A DNA stretch of 64,000 nt from a virus. Where the stretch lies: IMG/VR virus record IMGVR_UViG_3300037230_000036, positions 27,269 through 91,268 of that record. One strand, written 5' to 3'. This document shows, one piece after another, positions 18,659-28,900 of this stretch. Under the pieces are notes generated by a model. It was not told the DNA's origin. It made no database searches and saw only the letters and a list, made by a program, of their open reading frames with translations. Within the stretch, counting starts at the first letter, position 1. Every line of letters begins with the position of its first letter. The position numbers were made by a program, and so were the translations under genes.

Positions 18659-19234
18659 ATGGACACCATCGCCACCGACCAGAACCCAGGCGAAGCCGAG
18701 CCCACACCGGCACCGGGATCCAACGTCACGTCCGAAACCGCGCTGCTCCTGCACTCAAGGATGACGGTGCTGGAGAGCGAGAAGGCCGAGGCGGCTGCGG
18801 GTGTCCGCGCCTGCAGCCGCGCGATCAAGACGCTGAAAGGCGAGGTCGAGGCCGCCGGGATCGACCTCAAGGGTTTCATGCGGGCGCGCGAGGATGCCGA
18901 ACTCGCCGGCTCCGAGCGGGAGCGCATGATCGCCGAGCACCAGCGGCAACTGGCCTGGTTGAAGAAACCGATCGGGTTCGAGCCGACGCTCACCCTGGCG
19001 GAGCCGATCACCTTCACACCGACCGAACTCGAATTGATCGGGCAGAAGGGGCACGGCGCCGGCAAGAGCAACCGGAACCGCGACGCCAACCCGGAGAATG
19101 TCGGCACCGAGGCCTACGTCGCCTGGGACAACGGTTGGATGAAGGCGCAGAAGGAGCTCGCCGCTGAGATGGGCGAGGCTCCGGCGTCGGAGAAGAAGCG
19201 GAGGCCGACAGTTGCCGGCAGCGGGCGCGCGTGA
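18659..19234 (+). CDS. GapR/DUF2312-like DNA-binding protein with Rmf-like C-terminal motif
   Basis: LESEKAE..IKTLKGEVEAAGIDLKGF; G..AG..NP..W..GW. AGGAG RBS. Confidence 0.5.
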   Translation: MDTIATDQNPGEAEPTPAPGSNVTSETALLLHSRMTVLESEKAEAAAGVRACSRAIKTLKGEVEAAGIDLKGFMRAREDAELAGSERERMIAEHQRQLAWLKKPIGFEPTLTLAEPITFTPTELELIGQKGHGAGKSNRNRDANPENVGTEAYVAWDNGWMKAQKELAAEMGEAPASEKKRRPTVAGSGRA

Positions 19235-19479
19235 TGCTCACCGATCAGCAGGGGTCTCGGCTCTACGTCATTCGCCATTCGCGAAGTCAGACGGAGGACG
19301 AGCGGTTCTTGATTTCGATTATCGACGCGCTCAGCGAGGGATCGGCGCGAGAGCTCGCTGGCGAGATCGACGCGCGCCACAAACTCGAACTCGCCCTTTC
19401 CGGCAAGGATAGAGCGATGGGCGTGTTGTTCGATCGTCTCGGAAAAGCCGGCATCGACTGCTCCGACCTCATCCCCTGA
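19231..19479 (+). CDS. Hypothetical protein
   Basis: Overlap-coupled ORF. Confidence 0.5.
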   Translation: MMLTDQQGSRLYVIRHSRSQTEDERFLISIIDALSEGSARELAGEIDARHKLELALSGKDRAMGVLFDRLGKAGIDCSDLIP

Positions 19480-19514
19480 ACCATGCCTATCCGGTTGTCG
19501 CACACAGGAGCTAG

Positions 19515-19652
19515 ATGTTGATGACCAAACAGCAGTTACGAATGGAGCCACTGAGATGGTGGCAGTGGCCGGCGGTGCTCTGCGGCCTTCCGCTGTTTCT
19601 CTTGCTGGCGTGGGTCGTTCTCGGGCCGTTTGGCGTGCAGAGTAAATATTGA
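19515..19652 (+). CDS. Cassette cargo: 45-aa membrane peptide
   Basis: RBS and ATG lie in the conserved cassette left end (CAGGAGCTAGATG); one TM segment. Confidence 0.55.
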   Translation: MLMTKQQLRMEPLRWWQWPAVLCGLPLFLLLAWVVLGPFGVQSKY

Positions 19653-19828
19653 TGCAATACCCGGCGTTTAGCGGCCTGCCCGGAGGGGTTCTTTGGGACT
19701 TTATCTACGCCCATCCCTGGCTTTTGGCCCCGTTGATGTGGGTCGCTTGCGTAGGGCCATACGTCATCGGCCTCGGCGCTATCTGCTACGTTCTCTACAG
19801 GTGGTGGCGATGGGTAACAACCGGATAA
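19652..19828 (+). CDS. Cassette cargo: 58-aa membrane peptide
   Basis: TGATG-coupled, Trp-rich and hydrophobic; TAA stop lies inside the right inverted repeat. Confidence 0.5.
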   Translation: MQYPAFSGLPGGVLWDFIYAHPWLLAPLMWVACVGPYVIGLGAICYVLYRWWRWVTTG

Positions 19829-19842
19829 GCACGCCCTGAACC

Positions 19843-20496
19843 ATGTCTGGCGACGAAACTCCTCTTCCGATCGCTGGGCTGCTGGCCCTCGATATCGCCA
19901 CAGTGTCCGGATTTGCCGCCTGTTTACCCGGCGGTCAGCCGATCTGGGGTCACCGCCGTATGGGGACGCCAGAGGCACCGATGGGAGAGACGCTGCATTT
20001 CTTCGGCACATGGATCGGCATGACGCTCGATAAGCTGCGACCGAAGCATGTGATGATCGAGCAGCCCTACGTCCCGACGGGTGCGCCTGCGGGACGCCGC
20101 GCCAGGCTCGCCAACTCGAGCATGACATTGCCGATCGCCGGATTACCCCTTGACCTCGTTCCATCGATGGCGGCCCCGATCAATTTAGCGACGATCTGGC
20201 GGCTCCTGGCCATGACGGGGCGCGTCTACGAAGCCTGCTTCGAGCGCGGGATCGAGTGCCGCCATGTGCCAACGCAAACATGGTCGAAGTTCTTCGTTGG
20301 ACGCGGCTCCGGGTTCAAGACGAAGCAGGCAAAGAAGCAGGCGGCTATCGACACGGCGCTCCGTTATGGCTGGGTGGCGACGAATGACGAAGCCGACGCC
20401 TTAGGGATTCTCCTTTACGCGGAGCACATCTTCTACCCGCAGATCGCGGCAAAGCGCCGGCCGACCGGGCCGCTGTTCGCGAGGGGCGGCCGATGA
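19843..20496 (+). CDS. RuvC-like Holliday junction resolvase
   Basis: LALDIATVSGFA, VMIEQP and NDEADALGI acidic motifs. Confidence 0.75.
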   Translation: MSGDETPLPIAGLLALDIATVSGFAACLPGGQPIWGHRRMGTPEAPMGETLHFFGTWIGMTLDKLRPKHVMIEQPYVPTGAPAGRRARLANSSMTLPIAGLPLDLVPSMAAPINLATIWRLLAMTGRVYEACFERGIECRHVPTQTWSKFFVGRGSGFKTKQAKKQAAIDTALRYGWVATNDEADALGILLYAEHIFYPQIAAKRRPTGPLFARGGR

Positions 20497-20624
20497 CGAT
20501 TGATTTTGCGCCGTTCGCGATTCGGCCCCTTGAACGGGCGCCCATGGTAAGCGTAGCGTAGGGACCAAGAAAGCCGAACGCCCCGGTTCGCGTCCAACGA
20601 TCCGAGGCGTTCTCGCCGACCCCG

Positions 20625-20885
20625 ATGATCTGGATCGAGGAAATGGCTTGCCGCGTATTTAACTCACGGAAATGGCAGTTTCAAGGCGGCGGCGGTCATC
20701 GCGCCCGCATTGCGCTGCTGTCCGAGATCGCGCGCATCGACGAGACGATCGCCGAGATCGAGGAGTTCGATCCGGAACCCGACGAGCCGATCATGCTGGC
20801 GCACGTCCAGGTATCGACCCGGGCCGAGGCTGTGGCGCTGCTGCGGCGGTGCCGGCGCGAGATCGAGCGGCGGATGGCGGCATGA
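20625..20885 (+). CDS. Hypothetical protein
   Basis: ORF on the coding strand; start uncertain. Confidence 0.4.
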   Translation: MIWIEEMACRVFNSRKWQFQGGGGHRARIALLSEIARIDETIAEIEEFDPEPDEPIMLAHVQVSTRAEAVALLRRCRREIERRMAA

Positions 20886-21054
20886 GGGCGATCCGCCACG
20901 ATTTTGACTGGTCGAAGGCGCCGACGCCCTGGCGCTGGATCGGCCCCGCGTGGCGGGACGAGTGCGGGGCACGTCCGCCATCCCGTCTAAACGCAGCGCC
21001 GCTAAAAGCCGGTGACCTGCCGGAACCCCATCACCTCCGCAAAAGAGAGAAGTT

Positions 21055-22845
21055 ATGAGCGACATCTACGGTCCGCGCAGCGATTTCGGCCAACTGATGC
21101 ACGCGATGAAGTACCGCGCGCCCGAAGAGTCGTTCGACGATTACTGCGTCCGCTACGCCCGCACGACCGCCAACGACAACCAGGCTCATTTCCGCCGGCT
21201 CCTCGCATACCTGCGGGATCAGTCGATCCTGCCCGGCGGTCGGCAGCAGCTGGCCGTCGGCCGGCCTCGCGAGACGACCGCCTACCAGTGTTTCGTGATG
21301 GGGGAGATCCCGGACAGCACGCGCGGCATTTTCGACTCGGTGCGCGATACCGCGCTGACATTGCGGTCTGGCGGCGGGACCGGCATGGACTTCTCACCGT
21401 TGCGGCCGGCGGGCGAGCCGATCCGCGGACTCGGGCACGGCGCCTTCGCGAGCGGCCCGGTCAGCTTCATGGGCGTCTGGCACTCGGCCTGCGGCACGAT
21501 CATGTCCGCCGGCGAGCGCCGCGGGGCGATGATGGCGACCCTGCGCATCGACCATCCCGACATCCTTCTTTTCATCAAGGCGAAGCAGAACACGGGCGCG
21601 CTGACCAACTTCAACATCTCGGTCACGGTCACCGACGAGTTCATGGAGGCGCTGGCGGTGGACGGTCTCTACACGCTGCGGTTCGGCGGGGTGGAGTTTG
21701 GCCAACTCCGGGCGCTCGATGTGTGGTCGATGATAATGGAGTCGAATTGGGATTGGGGCGAGCCCGGCACGATCTTTATCGACAGGATCAACCGGCTCAA
21801 TCCTCTCGCTTATTGCGAAACGATCCATTCGACCAACCCATGCAGCGAGCAACCCCTGCCGCCTTGGGGCGCCTGCCTTCTGGGCTCGCTCAACATGGTC
21901 AAGTTCCTCGTCCCGATCCACGAGGCGGCCGACGGGCTGAAACTCGCCGCGGAGTCCGGCCATCAGACGGTTCGGTACGAGATCGACTTCGAGCGGCTCG
22001 ACGATGCGGTCGACGCTGCGGTGCGCGCTTTCGATGCGGTGATCGAGCGCACCATCTATCCGCTCGAGCAGCAGCGCGCCGAGGCTATTGCGAAGCGGCG
22101 CATGGGCGTCGGCGTGACCGGCATGGCCAATGCGATCGAGGTCTGCGGCGCCCCCTACGGAACGCCCGCCTACCTTGACCACCAAGACATCCTCCTCGAG
22201 CGCATCAACACGCAGGCCTATCGAACCTCGGCGGCACTGGCGCGGGAGAAGGGCACCTTCCCGCTGTGGAATGCCGAGCGCTATTGCGAGGGGGAGTTCT
22301 TCCGCACCCGGCTTCCGGATGACCTGCAGGACGAAATCCGCCGCAACGGTCTCCGCAACGGTCTCCTGACATCGATTGCCCCGACCGGCACGATCAGCAT
22401 GGTCGCCGATTATGTGAGCTCGGGGATCGAGCCGGTGTTCTCACCGCGGCTTTCCCGCACGATCAAGACGCCCCAGGGCGAGCGCCAATTCGAGGTCGTC
22501 GACTATGCGACCCAGTATTACGGCGTGAAGGGGCGCGCGGCCTCGGATGTGTCTGCCGAGGAGCACATCGACGTGCTGTGCCGGGCGCAGCGCTGGGTCG
22601 ATAGCTCGATCTCGAAAACCTGCAACGTCACCGGCCAGATTGCCGGCGAGGGCTCCGGCATGAGTTTCGCCGACTTCAAGAACCTGTACCTGCGAGCGTG
22701 GGAGGGTGGCGCCAAGGGGTGCGCGACTTTCAACTCGAACGGAAAGCGCCGCGGCATCCTGGCGCCGCTGCCCGATGCCGAGGCTGCGGATGGAGCCGCA
22801 TGCTTCATTGACCCGGAGACCGGCAACCGCGCCTGTGGGGATTAG
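21055..22845 (+). CDS. nrdJ: Class II (B12-dependent) ribonucleotide reductase
   Basis: PGGR, YQCF, GGGTG, TNPCSEQPL, ACLLGS, IAPTGTIS, SSISKTCN and KGCATF motifs; no beta subunit nearby. Confidence 0.9.
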   Translation: MSDIYGPRSDFGQLMHAMKYRAPEESFDDYCVRYARTTANDNQAHFRRLLAYLRDQSILPGGRQQLAVGRPRETTAYQCFVMGEIPDSTRGIFDSVRDTALTLRSGGGTGMDFSPLRPAGEPIRGLGHGAFASGPVSFMGVWHSACGTIMSAGERRGAMMATLRIDHPDILLFIKAKQNTGALTNFNISVTVTDEFMEALAVDGLYTLRFGGVEFGQLRALDVWSMIMESNWDWGEPGTIFIDRINRLNPLAYCETIHSTNPCSEQPLPPWGACLLGSLNMVKFLVPIHEAADGLKLAAESGHQTVRYEIDFERLDDAVDAAVRAFDAVIERTIYPLEQQRAEAIAKRRMGVGVTGMANAIEVCGAPYGTPAYLDHQDILLERINTQAYRTSAALAREKGTFPLWNAERYCEGEFFRTRLPDDLQDEIRRNGLRNGLLTSIAPTGTISMVADYVSSGIEPVFSPRLSRTIKTPQGERQFEVVDYATQYYGVKGRAASDVSAEEHIDVLCRAQRWVDSSISKTCNVTGQIAGEGSGMSFADFKNLYLRAWEGGAKGCATFNSNGKRRGILAPLPDAEAADGAACFIDPETGNRACGD

Positions 22846-22850
22846 GTGCG

Positions 22851-23768
22851 ATGCGTCTCAGCGACGAGCAGATTGCCCGCGCCCGCGCCCGCACGGACAT
22901 CTACGCAAAGGCCACGACGCTGCGTCCGCACGGAAGCTGGCTCACGGGCCGGTGTCCGCTCCACGATGATTCGAAGCCCAGCTTCGGGATCAAGAACGGT
23001 CGGTGGACGTGCTTCTCGGGATGCGGAGGCGGCGACCCGATCGCCTTCCTGCAGCGCTGGCATGGCCTCTCATTCGAGGAGGCCGTGCGCGAGCTCACCG
23101 ACGACGGACCCCTGCGCGGCACGCCGGTCGCGCCAGTGCAGGGCGCCCCACGCCGGGAGGAGGATACGACAGCGGTGCGCGACATCCTCCGCGGCTGCGA
23201 GCCGATCACCCCGACGACAGCGGCGCACCTCTATTTGTGGTCCCGCAACCTGCCGACCCGACAGCCTGGACTCCTTGCGCACCGCGGCCTGATGTGCGTG
23301 GAGCAACGCCGCCCACTGCCGGCTTTGGTGGCGCCGATCTCCGACGCCGAGGGCAACGTGACGGCGCTGCAGCGGATCTGGTGCCGGTCCAGCTTCGACA
23401 GCGACGAGAAGGATGGCCGCGCGCTCCTAGAGACGCGCCGGAAATCGTTGGGCTCGATGGGGCGCGGCGCCGTGCAGCTGAGCCGGCCCGGCCCGATCCT
23501 CGGGATTGCCGAGGGTGTCGAGAAGGCCATCGCGGCGTCGGCCATGTTCGGGGTTCCGGTGTGGGCCTCCTGCGGGGCGCAGCGGATGGCGCGGCTTGAT
23601 CTGCCGCCGATCGCCGAAAAGGTTCTGCTGTTCGCCGACAATGATGACGCCGGGCGCGCGGCGGCGCGGGACGCCGTTGACGCCTATCGTCCCCGCCGGA
23701 TCGTGCCGATGTTCCCGGAGCCCCGGTTCAAGGACTGGGAAGACCAGTACCGGGAGCAGGCATCGTGA
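22851..23768 (+). CDS. DNA primase (CHC2 zinc finger + Toprim)
   Basis: CPLHDDSKPSF..CFSGCGGGD; IAEGVE; FADNDDAG. Confidence 0.85.
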   Translation: MRLSDEQIARARARTDIYAKATTLRPHGSWLTGRCPLHDDSKPSFGIKNGRWTCFSGCGGGDPIAFLQRWHGLSFEEAVRELTDDGPLRGTPVAPVQGAPRREEDTTAVRDILRGCEPITPTTAAHLYLWSRNLPTRQPGLLAHRGLMCVEQRRPLPALVAPISDAEGNVTALQRIWCRSSFDSDEKDGRALLETRRKSLGSMGRGAVQLSRPGPILGIAEGVEKAIAASAMFGVPVWASCGAQRMARLDLPPIAEKVLLFADNDDAGRAAARDAVDAYRPRRIVPMFPEPRFKDWEDQYREQAS

Positions 23769-24095
23769 GCACGGCAAGCCTATTCCCGGCCGCGCCTCGG
23801 GGCGAAGACCGCATCCGGGTCGACCATGCCCGCGTGAGATCAGATTGGTATGTGGAGCCGTCATGGAGTGTGGGGCTGCTGCTCGATGCGGTTTCGTTTC
23901 ACGGCCCGGTGCATGATCCTTGTTGTGGGGGAGGGACGATCCCGAGAGCGGTGCTCGCGCATGGGGGAACGAGGTTTGTCTCGGCCTCCGATCTGGTCGA
24001 CCGCGGATACGGCGAGGGTGGTCGATCAAATGGGATCCCCGGAAGCGCAGGGCGCCGCACCGGTTTGAGGACAGCGCCCGCCGGGAGGGTGCCGC
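23765..24095 (+). pseudogene. Truncated DNA amino-methyltransferase N-terminus
   Basis: DWYVEP, HDPCCGGG and SDLVDRGYG are present, but no NPP(F/Y) motif follows. The frame continues without a stop into gcrA. Confidence 0.55.
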
Positions 24096-24401
24096 GTGAG
24101 GCCGCGGGTCGCCGAAATCCAGTACGCCGTCGCAGGTCGGTTCCGCATCAAGATGAGCGATATGGTTTCCCGTCGGCGCGCCCGGTGCGTGGCGAGGCCG
24201 CGCCAGGTCGCGATGTATCTGTCCCGCCAGCTGACGTCGCTGAGCCTGCCCCAGATCGGCCGGCATTTCGGGGACCGCGACCACACCACGGTCATGCATG
24301 CCTGCCGGGTCATCGAGACGCTGCGGGAAAGCCACGCCGACCTCGACGCCGCCATCACCGAGATCATCGCCACCCTATCCGAGGAGCACCCACCGATATG
24401 A
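24096..24401 (+). CDS. Stand-alone DnaA C-terminal (domain IV) DNA-binding protein
   Basis: RPRQVAMYLSRQLTSLSLPQIGRHFGDRDHTTVMHA; GGGAGG RBS. Confidence 0.9.
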   Translation: MRPRVAEIQYAVAGRFRIKMSDMVSRRRARCVARPRQVAMYLSRQLTSLSLPQIGRHFGDRDHTTVMHACRVIETLRESHADLDAAITEIIATLSEEHPPI

Positions 24402-24808
24402 GCGAGCAGCATTTTGCGTGGAACGAGGAGACCCTGGCCGCGCTTCGGCGCCTGGTCTGCGTCGAGGGGAAGACTTTTGCGGCGGCCGCGGAGAAACTCG
24501 GCACCTCCAAAAATGCGGTCGTCGGCAAGGCGCACCGGCTCGGGATCTATCCGTCCGATGCCGTGGCCTCGCCGCGGTCGGCGGCTTCGCGGCAAGCGCA
24601 GGAACGGCGCTGGAATCCGCCTCGGCCACCGGCAGCCGATCGCTTCCCACCAAAGGGATGCTGTCTCTTCCCAATTGGCGATCCCCGCGCAGATGACTTC
24701 CACTTCTGCGGCGACAAGATCGCGGCCCCTGGGGAACCCTACTGCGATGACCACCACCGGCTCTGTTGGCAGCCGGCGCGGGTGCAGCGTCTCGACGCCG
24801 CGGAATAA
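24398..24808 (+). CDS. gcrA: GcrA-family cell-cycle regulator
   Basis: W.EE.L..L, TSKNAVVGKAHRLG and CLFPIGDP..FHFCG..PYC..H; ATGA coupling. Confidence 0.85.
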   Translation: MSEQHFAWNEETLAALRRLVCVEGKTFAAAAEKLGTSKNAVVGKAHRLGIYPSDAVASPRSAASRQAQERRWNPPRPPAADRFPPKGCCLFPIGDPRADDFHFCGDKIAAPGEPYCDDHHRLCWQPARVQRLDAAE

Positions 24809-24836
24809 TGAACGAGATCAGGGTAAGGACGGCACG

Positions 24837-25988
24837 ATGGCACGCGGCGCAGAGGTCTTCCGGCCCCCGCAATGGAACGACGCGCCGGCGGCACCTCGCC
24901 CGTTCCGCCCCTTCTTTGCGGCCAGCCTTGACGGCGAGCCCGACACCAAGCCGGAGTGGTTAATCGACGGTTTGCTGATGCGGGGAACGATCGCGCTCTT
25001 CGCCGGCGTGCCGAAGGTGGGAAAATCCCTCCTGATGCAGCAACTCCTTTCCGCCGTGGCGCTGGGCAAGGATTGGCTGGGCCGGGAAACGGTCTCGGCG
25101 CGGTGCTTCGGCCTCTTCTGTGAGGACAACCACAAGACGCTCGTGAAGCGGCAACGCGACATCAACACTCATTTCGGGGTCGAGGCGCCGGACTACGAGA
25201 CGGGACTGTCCTGGGAAAGTCACGACACCGAGGATGCCACGCTGGTCGCCTTCGAGAACTGGAGCGACAAGCCGCTTTTCACCGATCTCTGGCATCAGCT
25301 CTGGCGGCACGTCGACGAGAACGGCATCGAGCTTCTGGGGCTGGACCCCGCCGGGCGCATCTTCGGAGGCAACGAGAACTACAAGCGGCAAACCTCTAAT
25401 TTCATTCTCGAATTGCACAAGAAGATATCGGAGCGCAACGGCGGTCTGATCCTTGCCGCGCACCCTCCGAAGAACGATCCCCGCGGCTATGCGGGCTCCG
25501 TGGCGTGGCACGGCTCGGTGCGGCTCGGCATGTCGCTGCAGCGGCCAAAGGGCTACAACGAGGACAAGGACGAGCCGCGGGACAGCCGCGTGCTGAAGAG
25601 TCTCGGCGGCAACTACGTGCCGGGCCGGTCGTCGGACAACATCCGCTACGAGCATGGGGTTTTCGTTGTCGACGAGCCGGAAGAAACCGAAAGACCAGAA
25701 CGCTTTAGCATGGACGAGTTGAAGTATCGCGTCATGCAGGGGATGCGGCGAGTGATTGATAACGGCGGCTTGGTCCTGGCCGACGAGATGCACCCGAAAT
25801 CGATGCCGATGCGGGCCCGGCGCAGCGGCGACGCGGTGCTGTTAAGAACGCCCTTTAACTCGTTGTATATCGCGCAGGAAACGCTGCTGCGTGAGGGGAA
25901 GGTGGTCCGGGTCAAGGTGCGGGGGCAGTGCGTGCTGCGCCCCGCTGACGCCTCGGCTTACGACAACGAGCAGCCCTGGGAAGGCTAG
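24837..25988 (+). CDS. RecA-family (AAA_25/RepA-like) replicative helicase
   Basis: Walker A GVPKVGKS, CED, LLGLDP, AHPPK and GSVAW motifs. Confidence 0.8.
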   Translation: MARGAEVFRPPQWNDAPAAPRPFRPFFAASLDGEPDTKPEWLIDGLLMRGTIALFAGVPKVGKSLLMQQLLSAVALGKDWLGRETVSARCFGLFCEDNHKTLVKRQRDINTHFGVEAPDYETGLSWESHDTEDATLVAFENWSDKPLFTDLWHQLWRHVDENGIELLGLDPAGRIFGGNENYKRQTSNFILELHKKISERNGGLILAAHPPKNDPRGYAGSVAWHGSVRLGMSLQRPKGYNEDKDEPRDSRVLKSLGGNYVPGRSSDNIRYEHGVFVVDEPEETERPERFSMDELKYRVMQGMRRVIDNGGLVLADEMHPKSMPMRARRSGDAVLLRTPFNSLYIAQETLLREGKVVRVKVRGQCVLRPADASAYDNEQPWEG

Positions 25989-28900
25989 GGGCCGGGATTG
26001 ACCGCGCCGCCGTCGTCTTCCCAGCGCGGCAGGTCGATGGTGGCGATTCAGAAGCTGATTTCCGCAACATGCGAGTTTACGTAAAGTGTAAAATCGTGTT
26101 GACGATTGAGGAGCACTTAGAACTGATCCGGCTGTCGCGCATAAGGGTTTGACCAGGAACCGGAACCACGTTCAAAGGCTCGCTCACCAGCGCGCTCCGC
26201 TTCCCAGCGGGTAGGGCAATCCCAACGATGACTCATGGCGATCTCAGTCCTTCGGGGTTGTTACAGGAAGGGCACTCGCGGAAATGTGGGTCGGCCACGC
26301 CGAGCGCGTAACATTCCCAGCCGCTCCCCTCACAGACGGGGCATGGATCGTCCTGGTAGCCGCCGCCCTCCGGCAGCAAACCTCCGCCGACGCCGCGACC
26401 GTCGCAGCAGGAGCAGAGGAAGCGCTTGCACACACCGCAGCATGCAATCTGGTCAGCCAGCGCATCGGCCATCGGCGCCCTCGTTGATGAGCCGGTCGAG
26501 CTCGCCGCAGAGCGCGCCCATCTCGCTCCACAGCCGCTCCCGGTCGTCTGGATCGCGCGCCGCGGAGATCCGACCCCCGACGTCGACGATGGCCTCCCGC
26601 ACGGCTGCGGCGCGGTCCTGTGGCGCCCGCGCGGGGAACGGGATCACGGTCATTCGTCAGCCTCTTCGAGTTCGAGCAGGTCGGCTACCGCCTCTGCCTC
26701 GGTCGAGCCCCATCCGACCTTGGCGCCGAGATCGTAGTCGCCGCGCGTGGCAGACCAGTCGGCGCTGCGGTACGGGATCGGCGGGTAGACGTGTTCGGTA
26801 ACGATCTTTTCGGCCTCGATCTCGGTCATTCTATCACCGAGAAATCGACGCCGAGGGCAACGAGTTCCTCCCGCAGCCGCGCCGCGTAGCGCTCGGCGAT
26901 CTCGCGAGCCTCGATCGTAGTGATGCGCAGCGTGAGGTGGGGGCCGGCCGGCATGTCAAGATCGATCGCCGCTGAATTACCCCTCCTCGAGGCGCGCACG
27001 AACGTCTCGACCGCCTTCAACTCGTCATCCAGTTTCATTGCGGCAGTAAGGTTGTAGCGCTTCATCGGGATTCTCCCCTCTCCGCGAGTTTCCTGCACCG
27101 ATCCCGCCACTGGAACAGAGCGTCCAAGATCGGGTCTGAGGCGCCGATGTCCTCGCGCTTTATCCGCCGCATGAACGCGAGGATCAGGTCGTTGGCGATC
27201 ACGCTCGTCTGCTGAGCGTGGCGGCGGAGGTCAGAGGGCTTCATGGCTTGTCTCCGGGCGAGGGCGAGCGAACCACAATCGTCTCGACGTGGTCGGGAAC
27301 GCCGTCAGTCGGCAGCATCGCCGTCAGCCCTGACCCTTTGCGGATCGTCTGGGTCGGGCCGAACTCCGCAAGCATCTCGACGAGTTTTTCGCGCCAGTTC
27401 TCGGAGGTGATCTGGTCCGCGCGCGCTAGCATACCGGGGGATTGTTGTTCCACCATCGCGCGCATATCTGCCATAAGCTGTTTATCGGCGAAATGATGCG
27501 TCCAGATTGGGTGTCCCATCAGGTATTCGGCCGCTTCATGGATTTCTGAAAAGCTTTTGCAGAGCATGACCCCACTCGCAATTGAAGCGATGACGCCAGT
27601 AGGAAATTCGCGAGCTTCGGGTTTCATCGGATCGCCACCAGAAAGAGGACGATCGCGCCGAACAGAAACGCCATCGCGATCCAACCGAGCAGCGAGACAG
27701 CCGCGCGCTCGCCCTGTGGCGCGATGCTGACCGGCCCACCGACAACCGCGATGTCGCTGATGTGCCGAGCCATCGCATCGCGCTGGAACTCGCCGTCGCG
27801 CGCATCCAGTTGCGCCGGCCATGGGCGCGTGATGCCTTTGTCCATTTCCAATTCCTCCGTCAAACATCATTTCGTCCCCAGCGCCCGGAGATGCTCCTGC
27901 GCGTCGGCCAGGAACAGCCTTGCATGGGCATAGTCGCCCGCTTCTGCCGCTGCATGTGCGGTCTTGAGCGCGGCGAGCATGGCGATCTTGCGAGCGGCCG
28001 GCAGCGGGGGCCGCAGCCCGAGCACGTCGACCAATTCCCGCAGCGGCTTATTCAGATAGTCCGATTGAGCGTCAACCATTGGTCATCTCCTTGGCGTTGA
28101 CGGCTTCGATCTCAGTGCGCCATTTCTCGATCAGGGCATGGATGGCGGCGATGGCGTCCTCCGCAGTGTAAAAGGCCCCATGCCGGCTCGTAACCTCTTC
28201 GCGACGGAACCGGCCGCCCGCGCTTTGATAGGCGATCCAGCCATCGGCGGTCGCGCAGACCTCGGCATCGAGGCGCCCCAGGAACGGCGCGGCGGCATAG
28301 ATCGCGTTCAGCTCATCGAGGGCCTTTGGGATCAGCGTCGAGTCCGCAAGCGCGGGGCCGGCATCTCGACAAAAGCAATGCAGGACACCGCCAGCGTGCG
28401 GACCAGGGCGAGGTTGGCCGCATCCTCGGCCAGGACGATGATTGCCCTCAAGGCGGCGTCCATCAGCGGGAGAGCCCGCATCGCCATCGCGATCTGCCCC
28501 TCGGTTTCGTCATCGATATCCCCACGCGGGTTGACCAGCGCGACCTCGCGACCGCCCCACACGATCGAGCGCGTAACGGTCCCCTCTTCTGCGGCACAGG
28601 TCCATTCGCCCCCAGGCGGGGTAGCGGCGTTGACGATCGCCTCGTCCTGGCTGTAGGGGCGCCGGGATTGGGCGGCGAAGAATGCCTGCCTGATAGCGTT
28701 CGCGTCGCTCATCGGATTCACTCCTTGTTACGGTGTCTCTGCGCGGCCTCGACGTCGCGCCAGTATTGGCCCCAATCCGCAACCACGTCGTCGAGGCGTA
28801 GGGTGCGATCGCCCCGCAGCCGGATGCCGATCGCGTTGAGGCGCTGCTCGGCCTCGCGCCACGGGGTTTCGTTGGTTCGCGCCTGTACGAAGCGGCGCTC

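Larger units (their letters stand above)
19482..19833 (+). mobile_element. Non-autonomous mobile insertion cassette (IS1595/ISSod11-type ends), 352 bp
   Basis: Ends CATGCCTATCCGGTTGTCGC / GTAACAACCGGATAAGCACG; 8-bp duplication CCCTGAAC at 19474-19481 and 19834-19841. Confidence 0.8.
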
